Assembly: GCA_963765205.1 (NCBI GenBank)
Contig: CAVXVB010000008.1
Coordinates: forward strand, 384,001 to 448,000
DNA length: 64,000 nt
Source of the DNA: an uncultured Verrucomicrobiae bacterium
GTDB lineage: Bacteria > Verrucomicrobiota > Verrucomicrobiia > Opitutales > JABDGR01
Reading direction: 5' to 3'
Shown: one piece after another, positions 18,159 through 29,400 of the stretch
Numbering within the stretch: the stretch's first letter is position 1
How the letters are laid out: the number at the start of each line of letters is the position of its first letter
Notes under the pieces: model-generated
Seen by the model: only the letters and a program-made list of their open reading frames with translations
What the model was told of the DNA's origin: nothing
Database searches by the model: none
Program-made: the position numbers and the translations under genes

Positions 18159-21022
18159 AACGTCGTCTTGCCCCGGCCCTCCTTGGCCTTGGACTGCTAG
18201 CGGCCCTGCGCCCGGTGGTGGCCGCTCCCGGCCCGCCGCCCGCGGATTCTGCGCCGGCCACGATTGAGCAACGACCCGATGGGATAATCATCACGCGCGG
18301 CGGCCTGCTGCTCGACCTCGAGATTCGCGCGGATAATGTGGTGCGCGTGGCGGCGTCGCCCGACCGCGCGTTTTTTTCCGCCGCCAGCCTCGATGTGCTG
18401 CCCAAGGCCGGCGCGGCGCCGAAATGGGCGTTCAGCCAAACCGCCGACACGGCCACGCTGACCACCGCCCAACTGCGTGTCCGCGTGGATTTGGCCACCG
18501 GCGCGGTCACGTTTCTGGACGCGGCCGGCGCGGTGATCCTGGCCGAAGTGCCGGGCAGCCGGGCGCTCGAAGCGGTGGATGTGTCCGGCGAGCACACCAC
18601 CCACGTCCGCCAGCAATGGCAGGCGCAGGATGGCGAGTCGCTCTATGGCTTGGGCCAGCAGCAACTGGGCATCGTGGATATCAAGGGCTACGACCTCGAC
18701 TTGTGGCAGCGCAACACGAACGTGGTCGTGCCGTTTCTGGTCTCCAGCAAGGGTTACGGGATTTTATGGGATAATTTGTCCTACACGCGGTTTGGCGACT
18801 TGCGCGCCTTCACGGCCATCCCGGCTGACTGCCTGGTGGACGCCGCCGGCCAGCCCGGCGGCCTAACGACCGGCACCTTCACCACCGCGAACCCGGATGC
18901 GCTGCAAAATCCGACGACCACCGCCAGCATCGTCCGCGGCAACGCGGCGCGGGGACGGGGCGGGCGGGGCCAAGGCGGGCCGACCTCGACGCGCTGGGCG
19001 GGCGAGGTGGTCGCGCCCGCCACCGGGGATTACCAATTTCAGACTTATTCCAACGGCGGCATCAAAATGTGGCTGGACGGGAAGCTGGTGATTGACCACT
19101 GGCGCCAGAATTGGCTCACCGAGCACGACCAGGTGAAAGTCCACCTCGACCAGGGGCGGCATTACGCGATCAGGCTCGAATCCGGCGGCGACCAGACCAC
19201 CACCATGACCTTGCAATGGAAAACGCCCGCGGTCTCGGCCAACACGTCGCTGTGGTCGGAAGTCGGCGACGGCGAGGACTACTATTTTGTTTACGGGCCG
19301 GCGTTGGACAAGGTGGTGGCGGGCTACCGGCTGCTCACCGGCCAGGCCGCGATGATGCCGCAGTGGTCGTTCGGCCTGTGGCAGTCGCGCCAGCGCTACG
19401 AAACCTCGCAGCAGAGCCTCGACGTGGTGAACGAGTTCCGCCGCCGGGAAATCCCTTTCGACAACATCGTCCAGGATTGGATGTATTGGCCCGAAAACGC
19501 CTGGGGTTCGCACCAGTTCGACCCGGCGCGCTTTCCCGATCCGCTGGCTTGGATCCAGGCTATTCACGATTTGCACGCGCACCTGATGATTTCCGTCTGG
19601 GGCAAGTTTTACCCGACGACCGACAACGCCAAGGCGATGCAGCAGGCGGGCTTCCTCTACCAGCCGACGCTCGACGAAAACATCCACGACTGGGTGGGCC
19701 GCGGGGGCTACAACTACACTTTCTACGACGCCTTCAACCCGGCCGCGCGCCAGCTTTTCTGGAAACAGTTGGACGCGGACTTGTTCAGCAAGCATGTGGA
19801 TGCGTGGTGGATGGACGCCACCGAGCCGGACGTGGTGCAACCCTCGCCGCCGACACTCGACAAGCAGAAACATTTCATCGGCACGACGGCGCTCGGCCCG
19901 GCCGCGCGCGTGCTCAATGGCTATGCGCTAATGAACAGCGCAGGCATTTACGAAGGCCAGCGCGCCAGCGCACCCGACCAGCGCGTGTTCATCCTGACGC
20001 GCTCGGGTTACGCCGGGCAGCAGCGCTACGGCGCCGTCACCTGGTCGGGCGACATCACCTCAACCTGGACGGCGCTGGCGAAGCAAATCCCGGCGGGCCT
20101 GGGCTTCTGCCTCTCGGGCGTGCCGTATTGGACGATGGACACGGGCGGCTACACGATGGAGACGCGCTTTTCCACCAACAACCCGACGCCGGCTAGTCTC
20201 GACGAATGGCGCGAACTCAACGCCCGCTGGTTTGAATACAGCGCGTTCACGCCCTTCCTGCGCGTCCACGGCGAATTGCGCCCGCGCGAGATGTGGAATA
20301 TCGGCGACGAGACGACGCCCGTTTACCAGGCCGAACTGAAATTCGACCAACTGCGCTACGCGCTCTTTCCGTATATTTATTCGCTCGCGGGCGATGTCGT
20401 GCAAAACGCCGGCACGATGATGCGCCCCCTCGTCATGGATTTTCCGCAGGACGCGACCGCGCGCGAGCTGACCGATGAATACCAGTTCGGCCCGGCCTTC
20501 CTCGTCGCGCCGGTGACGAAATACCAGGCGCGCAGCCGCCCGGTCTATCTGCCCGCGGGCGCGGCGTGGTATGACTTTTGGACCGGCCACGCGCAGCCCG
20601 GCGGCCAGACGATTGACGCGCCCGCGCCATATGACGCGATGCCGCTGTTCGTGCGCGCCGGCTCCATCATCCCCTATGGCCCCGCCGAACAGTATGTCGC
20701 CGAGAAGCCCGCCGACACGTTGACGCTGTATGTTTACGCCGGGGCGGATGGGAAATTCACGCTCTACGAAGACGACGGCCTGACGTATGCTTACGAAAAA
20801 GGCGCGTTCGCGCAGATTCCGATCCAATGGAATGACGCCACGCGCATGCTTAGCCTTGGCCCGCGCACGGGTTCGTTCAAAGGCATGATCGCCGACCGCA
20901 CCTTCAACATCGTGCTGGTTTCCGCCAACAAAGCTGTGGGCTATGCGGCGGCGAACGCGCCGGACCTGAGTGTCCAATACCACGGCGACGCAGTTGCGGT
21001 GCAATTGCCGGCGGGGCGGTAG
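18155..21022 (+). CDS. GH31 alpha-xylosidase-like glycosidase with PA14 domain
   Basis: IVQDW, WWMDATEPD nucleophile motif, WSGD, RVHG; PA14 insert (GGIKMWLDGKLVIDHW); signal peptide. Confidence 0.9.
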   Translation: MKRRLAPALLGLGLLAALRPVVAAPGPPPADSAPATIEQRPDGIIITRGGLLLDLEIRADNVVRVAASPDRAFFSAASLDVLPKAGAAPKWAFSQTADTATLTTAQLRVRVDLATGAVTFLDAAGAVILAEVPGSRALEAVDVSGEHTTHVRQQWQAQDGESLYGLGQQQLGIVDIKGYDLDLWQRNTNVVVPFLVSSKGYGILWDNLSYTRFGDLRAFTAIPADCLVDAAGQPGGLTTGTFTTANPDALQNPTTTASIVRGNAARGRGGRGQGGPTSTRWAGEVVAPATGDYQFQTYSNGGIKMWLDGKLVIDHWRQNWLTEHDQVKVHLDQGRHYAIRLESGGDQTTTMTLQWKTPAVSANTSLWSEVGDGEDYYFVYGPALDKVVAGYRLLTGQAAMMPQWSFGLWQSRQRYETSQQSLDVVNEFRRREIPFDNIVQDWMYWPENAWGSHQFDPARFPDPLAWIQAIHDLHAHLMISVWGKFYPTTDNAKAMQQAGFLYQPTLDENIHDWVGRGGYNYTFYDAFNPAARQLFWKQLDADLFSKHVDAWWMDATEPDVVQPSPPTLDKQKHFIGTTALGPAARVLNGYALMNSAGIYEGQRASAPDQRVFILTRSGYAGQQRYGAVTWSGDITSTWTALAKQIPAGLGFCLSGVPYWTMDTGGYTMETRFSTNNPTPASLDEWRELNARWFEYSAFTPFLRVHGELRPREMWNIGDETTPVYQAELKFDQLRYALFPYIYSLAGDVVQNAGTMMRPLVMDFPQDATARELTDEYQFGPAFLVAPVTKYQARSRPVYLPAGAAWYDFWTGHAQPGGQTIDAPAPYDAMPLFVRAGSIIPYGPAEQYVAEKPADTLTLYVYAGADGKFTLYEDDGLTYAYEKGAFAQIPIQWNDATRMLSLGPRTGSFKGMIADRTFNIVLVSANKAVGYAAANAPDLSVQYHGDAVAVQLPAGR

Positions 21023-21024
21023 GG

Positions 21025-21429
21025 TTACGGTGGAATGGCAAACACCGCGTCAAACCCAGCCTGGGCAAAATGATGGTCGCCGGTCAAGGCCTTGGTAATT
21101 TTTCGTTCACGCATGACCACGAAAGACAAACAGTCGGTCAGCGACCAAGCCTTGTCATCATGATGGTGATAAAATTCAAGCGCGAGTTTTCGCAGCCGGT
21201 CATCCACATGCACAATTTCAAGGTGGCTTTCCAAATACGCCAAATAATCCTTGATGATCTTTCGGAGTTTGGTCTTCGCCAAAGTGTCAGCCAACTCCAG
21301 GAACACCCACTCCGTCGTCAGCAGCCGCACCCGCGTCTCGCCGGAATAGGCCATGACCCGGGCGCGATGCGGATCCAGCGTATTGAGCCTCGCCAGAAAA
21401 TAATAGGTGTCCGCGAAGACCACATTCAT
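21025..21429 (-). CDS. vapC: VapC-family PIN-domain toxin
   Basis: VFADTYYF...SLTDCLSF...ALTGDHHFAQAGF. Confidence 0.9.
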   Translation of the reverse strand: MNVVFADTYYFLARLNTLDPHRARVMAYSGETRVRLLTTEWVFLELADTLAKTKLRKIIKDYLAYLESHLEIVHVDDRLRKLALEFYHHHDDKAWSLTDCLSFVVMRERKITKALTGDHHFAQAGFDAVFAIPP

Positions 21430-21617
21430 CGTCCGTGGCGTTTGGGAATTCCCAGCCGATAGTGATCGTGGTTTAACGCCAAATCGGGTGGCGCGTCTTG
21501 GAGCAATCCGTCAAACGGAGCCAGTAGCTCCAACAGCGTAGGCACCACAGCTGGTTTGGCCTGGCGGACAAACCGCGCACGGGGGAGGCGGCGTTTGATC
21601 AAAGGGGCGGCTTTCAT
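21426..21617 (-). CDS. Putative antitoxin
   Basis: Small ORF overlapping the vapC start; PPDLALNHDHY motif typical of PIN-associated antitoxins. Confidence 0.7.
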   Translation of the reverse strand: MKAAPLIKRRLPRARFVRQAKPAVVPTLLELLAPFDGLLQDAPPDLALNHDHYRLGIPKRHGR

Positions 21618-21727
21618 TTTGATAAAATGCTAAGTTCTGCCTCCCAAGGCAAGCCTGACCTGACCCCAAAACTCAACAGCGGCAAGGTAGGGCATGGACA
21701 AAGATAAACCGAAATGCATCCTGATTG

Positions 21728-22030
21728 TTAAATTTTCTTGGCGCCAAGCCGCAGATAAAGTTCTTCATAGGTCAGCACTTCTTCCTTCACTTTTTCCAAG
21801 GCAGTCTTACCACGATTGGGGCGAAAAATTGCAACTTTCACATCGAAGCCAGTGGAGGAAACTACCTGCATCGAAGTCCCAAGGACTTTTAGCGCTTCAC
21901 CCCATTCCTTCGTGTAGGCATCAATGTGATCATAAAACACGTCTCCAATTTGCAATCTTTGCCTTTCCAGCGGCTCTCGAAACGCTACTGGAACTGGCCA
22001 CGAATATGTAGAAAGAAAAGCCATAATCAT
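21728..22030 (-). CDS. Hypothetical protein
   Basis: 100-aa AT-rich ORF directly downstream of the SWIM gene. Confidence 0.55.
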   Translation of the reverse strand: MIMAFLSTYSWPVPVAFREPLERQRLQIGDVFYDHIDAYTKEWGEALKVLGTSMQVVSSTGFDVKVAIFRPNRGKTALEKVKEEVLTYEELYLRLGAKKI

Positions 22031-22033
22031 CCC

Positions 22034-22375
22034 TTAGCCACCAAGGCATCTTGTTAATTTTTTCTTTGCTATATTCAGATCTTTCTTTGCATTTTCCAGC
22101 TTAATTTCAGCAGTTCGCATTTTCGCTAATGCTTTTTCTAAATCCGTTCCTGCCAGCCATAGCACAACTTTCTTAACCGCATCTTTGTTCGGACTGATAA
22201 TCGCGTCTTCACTTCCAGCAAGGATGCTTAAACGATGCTTGCAGGCTTGTCCCATTTCTCCCGCTTGACATGTGCAAGTGGCAGTCAAATTCATCCCGTT
22301 TTTTATGAAAATTACGGAATAGGGCTCAGGGGCGGATCCCTGAACCTGAAACTTTATTTGTTCTGCGTTCGTCAT
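22034..22375 (-). CDS. SWIM zinc-finger protein
   Basis: VQGSAPEPY...CTC.AG...CKH motif. Confidence 0.8.
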   Translation of the reverse strand: MTNAEQIKFQVQGSAPEPYSVIFIKNGMNLTATCTCQAGEMGQACKHRLSILAGSEDAIISPNKDAVKKVVLWLAGTDLEKALAKMRTAEIKLENAKKDLNIAKKKLTRCLGG

Positions 22376-22411
22376 TTTACAATCGCCTGATTGTAGTAAA
22401 CAGGTATCGGC

Positions 22412-22437
22412 GGACGGCTCGGAGAGCCGTCCCTACC
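22412..22437 (-). repeat. GTAG-type REP palindrome
   Basis: Minus strand GGTAGGGACGGCTCTCCGAGCCGTCC (GTAG plus hairpin). Confidence 0.7.
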
Positions 22438-22684
22438 GAACGACCACCGTTTGGTCGGCGACCAACCGGTCAATCTCGGCGCGATGGTCTTCGTAAAAGG
22501 CGAGACATTCGTAAACCTGCGCCTTGGTCAGGCCGGGAAAGCAGCGCAGCACGCTGTCGGGCGTTTCGCCGTTGAGCAAAAGCCCGACCACGTCATGCAC
22601 GCTCAGCCGGGTGCCTTCGAGGCACGCACGGCCCAAACGCACCACGGGGTCGCGCACAATATAGCGATAGGCCGCCACAATCAT
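22433..22684 (-). CDS. DUF433 family protein
   Basis: IVRDP...GRACLEGTRLSVHDVV...FPGLTKAQVYECLAFY. Confidence 0.85.
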   Translation of the reverse strand: MIVAAYRYIVRDPVVRLGRACLEGTRLSVHDVVGLLLNGETPDSVLRCFPGLTKAQVYECLAFYEDHRAEIDRLVADQTVVVR

Positions 22685-22834
22685 GGAATTACGTTATCTC
22701 AACTTTGGCTCTTGCGCAAGCACGCATCCAACTCGATTATTTTCCAGTGTTGAAAACGTCGCGGCCGCGCCTATGCTCCATTTGCCTGGCGGGTCGAGGA
22801 CGCCCCGCCCACCCCACGATTGCTCCCCCTCCCC

Positions 22835-25190
22835 ATGAAAAAACTGCTGCTGACTGCTTTGTTCGCTTCATTAATTTCCGCGCCGGTATTGTGCGCGCAG
22901 ACGGCGCCGGACGCCGCGCCGGCCCCGGATCCGCACGCGCTTTATTTCGACGCGACGCAGCCGGTGGCCGCGCGGGTCGCGGATTTGCTCCAGCGGATGA
23001 CGCCGGAGGAGAAGGACATGCTGCTGCACGCCGTCGGCACGTTTCCCACCGCGGCCATCCCGCGCCTGGGGATTCCCGAGCGCTGGATGGACGACGGCCC
23101 CAATGGCGTGCGTGAGGAAATCCAGCTCAACAGCTTTGGCGATGTTTACCCGCGCACCGATTTGACCGACGCCTCGACCGCGTTCCCGTCCGGCATCGGC
23201 CTGGCGGCGACCTGGAACCCCGAGCTGGCCAAGGCGGAAGGCCAGGCCATCGGCGAGGAGGCCCGCGCCCGGAACAAGGACATCATGCTCGGGCCGGCGG
23301 TAAACATCGAGCGCACGCCGCTCAACGGCCGCAGCTTTGAATACTACGGCGAGGACCCGTGGCTGTCCGGGCGCATCGCGGTGGGGTTCATCCAGGGCGA
23401 ACAGTCGCGCGACATCGCCTCGTGCGTAAAGCACTTCGCGGCCAACAACCAGGAGACGCAGCGCGGCAGCGTCAACGTCAACGTGGACGAACGCACGCTG
23501 CGCGAGATTTATCTGCCGGCCTTCGAGGCGGCGGTCAAGGAGGGCGGCTCGCTCGCGATCATGGCGGCCTACAATAAAATCAACGGCGCGTATTGCGCGG
23601 AGAATGATTACCTGCTCAACCAGGTGCTCAAAAAGGATTGGGGCTTCCAAGGCCTGGTGATGACGGACTGGGGCGCGGCGCACACGACGGCGGGCTGCGC
23701 CATCGGCCTCGACCTCGAAATGGGCTCCCGGCCCGGCCCAAACTTTGATTACGACGCATTTTACCTGGGCAAGGCCTTTCGCGACGGCGTGGCTGACGGC
23801 ACCTACCCGCTGGCGGCGCTCGACGACAAGGCGCGGCGCAACTTGTATGTGATGTTTGCCTCGCACGTCTTCGACCCCGGCCGCCAGACCGGTTCGATCA
23901 ACACGCCCGCGCACCAGGCCACTTCGCGGATGGTCGCCGAGGAAGGCATGGTGCTGCTCAAAGACGAGCAAAACGCGCTGCCGCTCGACCCGGCGAAGGT
24001 CAAGACCATCGCGCTCATTGGTGAAAACGTGAAGCACTTGCAGGCGTTCGGGGGGCAAAGCTCGGGCATCAAGGCGTTCCACGAAACCTCGCCCTTCGAC
24101 GGCATCACGGCGCGCGCGGGCGACGGCATAAAGATAATTTTTGCCCAGGGTTATACCGATCCGGCCAAGCCGGGGCCGGGCCAGTTGCCGCCTGCGGATA
24201 TTGACAACCTGAACCTGGCCTTCCGGCAGTTGTTGTCCAAAGACCCGGATGCCGCCGCGGTTCTCGCGCAGCATCCCACTTTCCAGCCGCTGCCGGGCGG
24301 CACCACGGCAAATGAGCGCGCGCTCATTGCCGAAGCCGTGCAGGCGGCCAAGCAGGCCGACGTCGCCATCGTCATCGGCGGCCTGAACAAGAATTTCGAC
24401 ACCGAGGGCAGCGACCGGCCGGGACCTGCAACTGCCCGGCGACCAGGACGAATTAATCAACCAAGTGGTCGCGGCCAACCCGCACACGATTGTGGTGCTC
24501 GTCTCCGGCTCGCCGGTGGAGATGGGGCCGTGGCTGCAAAAAGTTCCCGCCGTGCTGCAAGCTTGGTATGGCGGCTCGGAGGCGGGCACCGCGCTGGCGC
24601 GCGTTTTGTTCGGCGACGTGAACCCCTCGGGCAAACTGCCCTGCACTTTTCCGAAAAAATTGTCGGACACGCCCGCGGCGGCCTTCGGCGAGGAAGCGTA
24701 TCCCGGGGTCGGCGGCCAGGAGTATTACCGCGAGGGCCTGCTCGTCGGCTACCGCTGGTATGACACCAAAAACATTGAGCCGCTGTTTCCCTTCGGCTAC
24801 GGGCTGTCCTACACCACGTTCAAGTATTCCAATTTGAAGCTCACGCCCGGCGACCAGAGCCAAGGCGTGTGGGCGACCGCGCAATTTGACCTCACGAACA
24901 CCGGCGCGCGCGACGGCGCGGAAGTCGCGCAGCTCTACATCCACCAAAACCAACCCACGCTGACACGCCCCGAGAAGGAATTGAAGGGCTTTCAAAAAAT
25001 CGCGCTCAAGGCCGGCGAAACCAAAACGGTGACCATCCCGCTCGCGCAACGCGCGTTCGCGTATTACGACCCGGAGAAAAAAGGCTGGCTGGCCGAGGCG
25101 GGCGCTTTCCAAATCCTCATCGGCTCCTCCTCGCGCGACATCCGCCTGCAGGACACCTTCAGGCTGGCGGCGACGAGTTTGACGAAGTGA
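22835..25190 (+). CDS. GH3 beta-glucosidase (apparent +1 frameshift near 24422)
   Basis: DGPNG, GRSFEYYGEDP, KHFAAN, MTDW; removing one G gives EGSDRPDLQLPGDQDELI joined to FPFGYGLSYTTF and an Fn3 tail. Confidence 0.92.
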
Positions 25191-25406
25191 GGGGGGACGA
25201 CTGAATGATCAAACACCGGGAACCGGCTTAACCGCGTCGGGCGGCCAATAGAACATCCAATACCCAACTCTCAACATCGAACATTCAATAAAAGAGTCGC
25301 CGGAAACACCCTGATGAAATCGCAGATCAAGCCACCCCTCCAAGAACGCATTGACCTGCGAGCCATTTAACTCAATAATTCCCGTACCCTTTAACCCCTC
25401 CACCCC

Positions 25407-26444
25407 ATGATCAGGCGTTTTCTGTTTGTCTCATTGTCGTTTTGTTCGGTTGCGCTGGCGCAAACGGCGCCCACGCCGCAACCCGTCAAGATTCTGCCGC
25501 CGGTGCCCACCAAGGTCATTGCCCCGGGCAATTCCGTGCCCGGCGGGCCGCCGATTCCGGATGCGTTCCCGACGGAAGCCGCGCACCCGCCGTCCATCTT
25601 GCTCTGGCCGTATGGCGCGCCCGGTTCGGAAGCGCACCGGGACGAGGCGGAAATCGTGGGCTGGCGGCAGGAGGCCGACATCGTTTTCCCCATCCTTTAT
25701 AATATCCATAACCCGACGATCACGCCGTTCCTGCCAGCGCAGGACAAGGCAACCGGCTGCGCCGTCGTCATCTGCCCCGGCGGTGGGCATATGTTCCAGA
25801 CGATTGACCGCGAAGGTTACGATGTCGGCCAATGGCTGGCCGACCATGGCGTCGCCGCGTTTGTGCTGAAATACCGCCTGGCCCGGGACACCGTCAATAT
25901 CATCAGCGGCCAGCCGCAACCTTACACCGTGGCCGTCCATGCGCAGGCGGACGCGCTGCGGGCGCTACGCCTGGTGCGCAGCCGGGCGGCGGAATGGGGC
26001 GTGGACCCAAACCGGCTTGGCATCATGGGTTTTTCGGCGGGTGGCGAAGTGACGTTTGATGCCGCCCTGGCGAATGGCGCCGGCGACCCGAACGCCGCCG
26101 ACCCGATTGACCGGCTGGACGCCCACCCGGATTTCATTGGCATCGTTTATTCCTCGCCGCCCCGGCAAATGAGCGCGCCGGATTATGTCATCCCGGCCAA
26201 CTTCCCCCCGGCCTTCCTGCTCTGCTCCGCGAGTGATCCCTCCCCCGGCGTGTCTGGCGCCCAAGGTCTGGCGCGGTTTTACGGAGTCCTGAAAAACGCC
26301 CATATCCCGGTCGAACTGCACATCTACGAGGAAGGCGGCCATGGCTTCGGCGTACGCCAGTGGGATTACTCGGTGTCATCCTGGCCGAACTTGTTTCGCG
26401 GGTGGCTCAATGACCGCGGGTATTTGAAGAAATCCTCGAATTGA
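25407..26444 (+). CDS. Secreted alpha/beta hydrolase (carbohydrate esterase-like)
   Basis: PGGG, GFSAGG nucleophile, GGHGFG; signal peptide. Confidence 0.85.
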   Translation: MIRRFLFVSLSFCSVALAQTAPTPQPVKILPPVPTKVIAPGNSVPGGPPIPDAFPTEAAHPPSILLWPYGAPGSEAHRDEAEIVGWRQEADIVFPILYNIHNPTITPFLPAQDKATGCAVVICPGGGHMFQTIDREGYDVGQWLADHGVAAFVLKYRLARDTVNIISGQPQPYTVAVHAQADALRALRLVRSRAAEWGVDPNRLGIMGFSAGGEVTFDAALANGAGDPNAADPIDRLDAHPDFIGIVYSSPPRQMSAPDYVIPANFPPAFLLCSASDPSPGVSGAQGLARFYGVLKNAHIPVELHIYEEGGHGFGVRQWDYSVSSWPNLFRGWLNDRGYLKKSSN

Positions 26445-26478
26445 TTTGTGGGTTGCTTTCGGGTATACTGCGTTTTTT

Positions 26479-29400
26479 ATGCGAATCCAAAGAATGAAAT
26501 GGTTGGCGCTTCTGACGGCGCCGGGGTTGTTGGCGGCCTTGGCGGCGGCTACTGCCGCGTCCGCGCCCACCGCGGCTCCGACTGCGGAAGCGGCCGCGCC
26601 GGTATTGCCGAAATTCGAGGACGCGACGTTTGAAAAGGATGTGCACCCGCTCATTGAGAAATACTGCTATGAGTGCCACGGCGACGGCATGGCCAAGGCG
26701 GATCTCGCCCTGGACAAATACAAGACGGTGGCCGACATGGAGAAGGACACCACCCGGTGGGAGACCGTGCTCGACAAAGTCCACCGGCATGAAATGCCGC
26801 CCGACGACGCCGACGCGCAACCAACCGAGCAGGAGCGCGACTTCCTCGTGGACTGGGTGGATCGCACCATTCATCAATACGACCCCGCCAACCCCGACCC
26901 CGGCCACGCGACACTGCATCGTCTCAACCGCTCCGAATACACCAACTCCATCCGCGACTTGACCGGGGTGAACTTCCAAGCCGACGAGGACTTCCCGGCC
27001 GACGACTCGGGCTACGGCTTTGACAACATTGGCGACGTGCTGTCGTTGCCGCCCATGCTCATGGAGAAATACCTGAACGCCGCCGATAAAATTCTGGACC
27101 AGGCCATCCCGACTGACCCGCTGGTTTGCCGCACGCAGAATTTTCCCGCGTATTTGCTGGAGACGGGTTTCAACGACCTCGGCGCTCAGGCGGGCGGCTG
27201 GGTACACCTCATCAGCTTGGAGGAAGGCCACGTCAGCCTCGACCAGTATATCCGTGCGCCGGGCGAATACAAAGTCAGCTTCGAAGGCTATGGCGAGCCG
27301 ACCGGCGGGATTTCCCCGAACGGCGTCGGCTCGACCACGACGCCGCCGCCGACCCCTGTAATGCCGAAAATGTCCCTGCGCATCAACGGCGGGACGGTGG
27401 GCGTCGGGGAGACGTATATCCACCAATTTCAAATTGATGCGACCGACAAGGACCATCCGGGTGAATACTCATGGGAAGTCGGCCTGCCCGCCGGGCCGGT
27501 GGAATTGCACGAGGTGATGGACCGCATCCGCGGCGGCGCGAATGAGAACCTCATCACCAACGGCCGCGTGGGCGCGCAGCAAACCGGCGTGGGCTGGGTG
27601 AAATCCATCACCATCGAAGGGCCGCTGCCCGGTGTCATCACCCGCTGGCCCGCCGCCCAACTCACCGCCACCGGGCCGGGCACTGCGAATGCCGCGGGCG
27701 AGCGGATGATGACGGGCAACGGCGAGATCTCGACCAAGTTTACCGTGGCCCAGGCGGGCGATTACATCCTGCGGGCCACCGCCTACGCGCAACAAGCCGG
27801 CGACGAGCCGACGAAAATGGCCTTCCGCATGGATGGCCAGCCGGTCACCTCTTTCGACGTGCTGGCGCCGGCGCAGCGCCTGCAACTGCCCGGCGAGCGC
27901 GTGTTCTCCGGCCACCCCGCCTCGCTCGCGCTGCAAAAAGCGGTACCGCAGGTTTACGAATTCCGGCTGAAGCTCACGCCGGGTGAAAAAACTTTTTCCG
28001 CGGGGCTGGTCAATGAGTTCGCCGATCCCGACAATGCCAACCCCAACCTCCAGCGCCGCACCCTCACCATTCAGAACCTCGAAGTCGTGGATCTCACCCA
28101 GCCCTTCGTGCAGCCGGAATTGACGGACGAAATGAAAGGGTATTTCGCCCAGGAGGCAACGTCGGCCAACAAAGAACAGCGCGCACGGCAAATTATCACC
28201 CAGTTCGCGGAACGCGCCTGGCGCGGCCCGGTGGATCCCGCCGAGGTGGACAAGCTGATGGGGCTCTTTGCGCTCGCGGATAAGAATGGTGAGTCGTTTC
28301 CCGTTAGCGTCAAGGTGGCGATGAAGGCGGTGTTGGTGTCGCCACATTTCCTGTTCCGCGGCACGGCGCCTGACGCCGCCGGGCTGGCGGGCACGACCGG
28401 CCCGGAAATAAAAAAGACGGCGCTCGCAAAAACGACCACGGCGGCCAGCGGCGGCGAAAGCCTCGGCGTGCCGGTGGATGAGCTGACGCTCGCCTCGCGC
28501 CTCTCCTATTTCCTTTGGAGCAGCGCGCCGGACGACGAACTCCTCGGCCTCGCCGAGCACCACCAGTTGCGCGCCCACCTAGCCGAACAAGTCCAGCGCA
28601 TGATTGCCTCGCCCAAATCTCAGGCGCTGGTGGATAATTTTGCCGGCCAGTGGCTCCAGTTCCGCAGCCTGGCGACGTTCAACCCCGACCGGGCGGTGCT
28701 GGGGGATGATTATTATAACGCGTGGCCCGAGTTGTGTGATGAAATGGAAAAGGAAACCGGGCTGTTTTTCAATTACGTGATGCGCCAGGACCGCAGCGTG
28801 TTCGATTTTCTCACCGGCAACTACACCTTTGTGAACGACGACTTGGCCAACTATTACGGATTACCTGCCATAACCGGCGACGACTTCCGGAAAGTCTCGC
28901 TGGACGGCACGCCGCGGCGCGGGGTGCTTACGCAGGGCAGCGTGCTGGTGCTGACCTCGAACCCAACGCGCACCTCGCCCGTCAAACGCGGCAAGTGGGT
29001 GCTGGAAAACCTGCTGGGCACGCCGCCGCCCCCCCCGCCGCCGAACGTCCCGGCGCTGGATAGCGAAACAGAGCTCACCGGCACGTTGCGCCAACAGATG
29101 GAGCAGCACCGTGCCAACCCGATTTGCGCCTCGTGCCATGCGCGCATGGACCCCATCGGCTTCGGCCTCGAAAATTTCGACGCCGCCGGCCTGTGGCGGG
29201 ATACCGACAAGGACAGCCCGATTGACGCCTCCGGCAAACTACTCACCGGCGAAACCTTTAACGGCGCGGCAGACCTGGTGCAAATCCTCGCCGAGAAAAA
29301 GCGCACGGATTTCCTGCGCTGCCTGTCGGAAAAAATGCTCACCTACGCGCTGGGCCGCGGCCTCGAATACTATGACCGCGAGGCAACCGACCAAATCATC

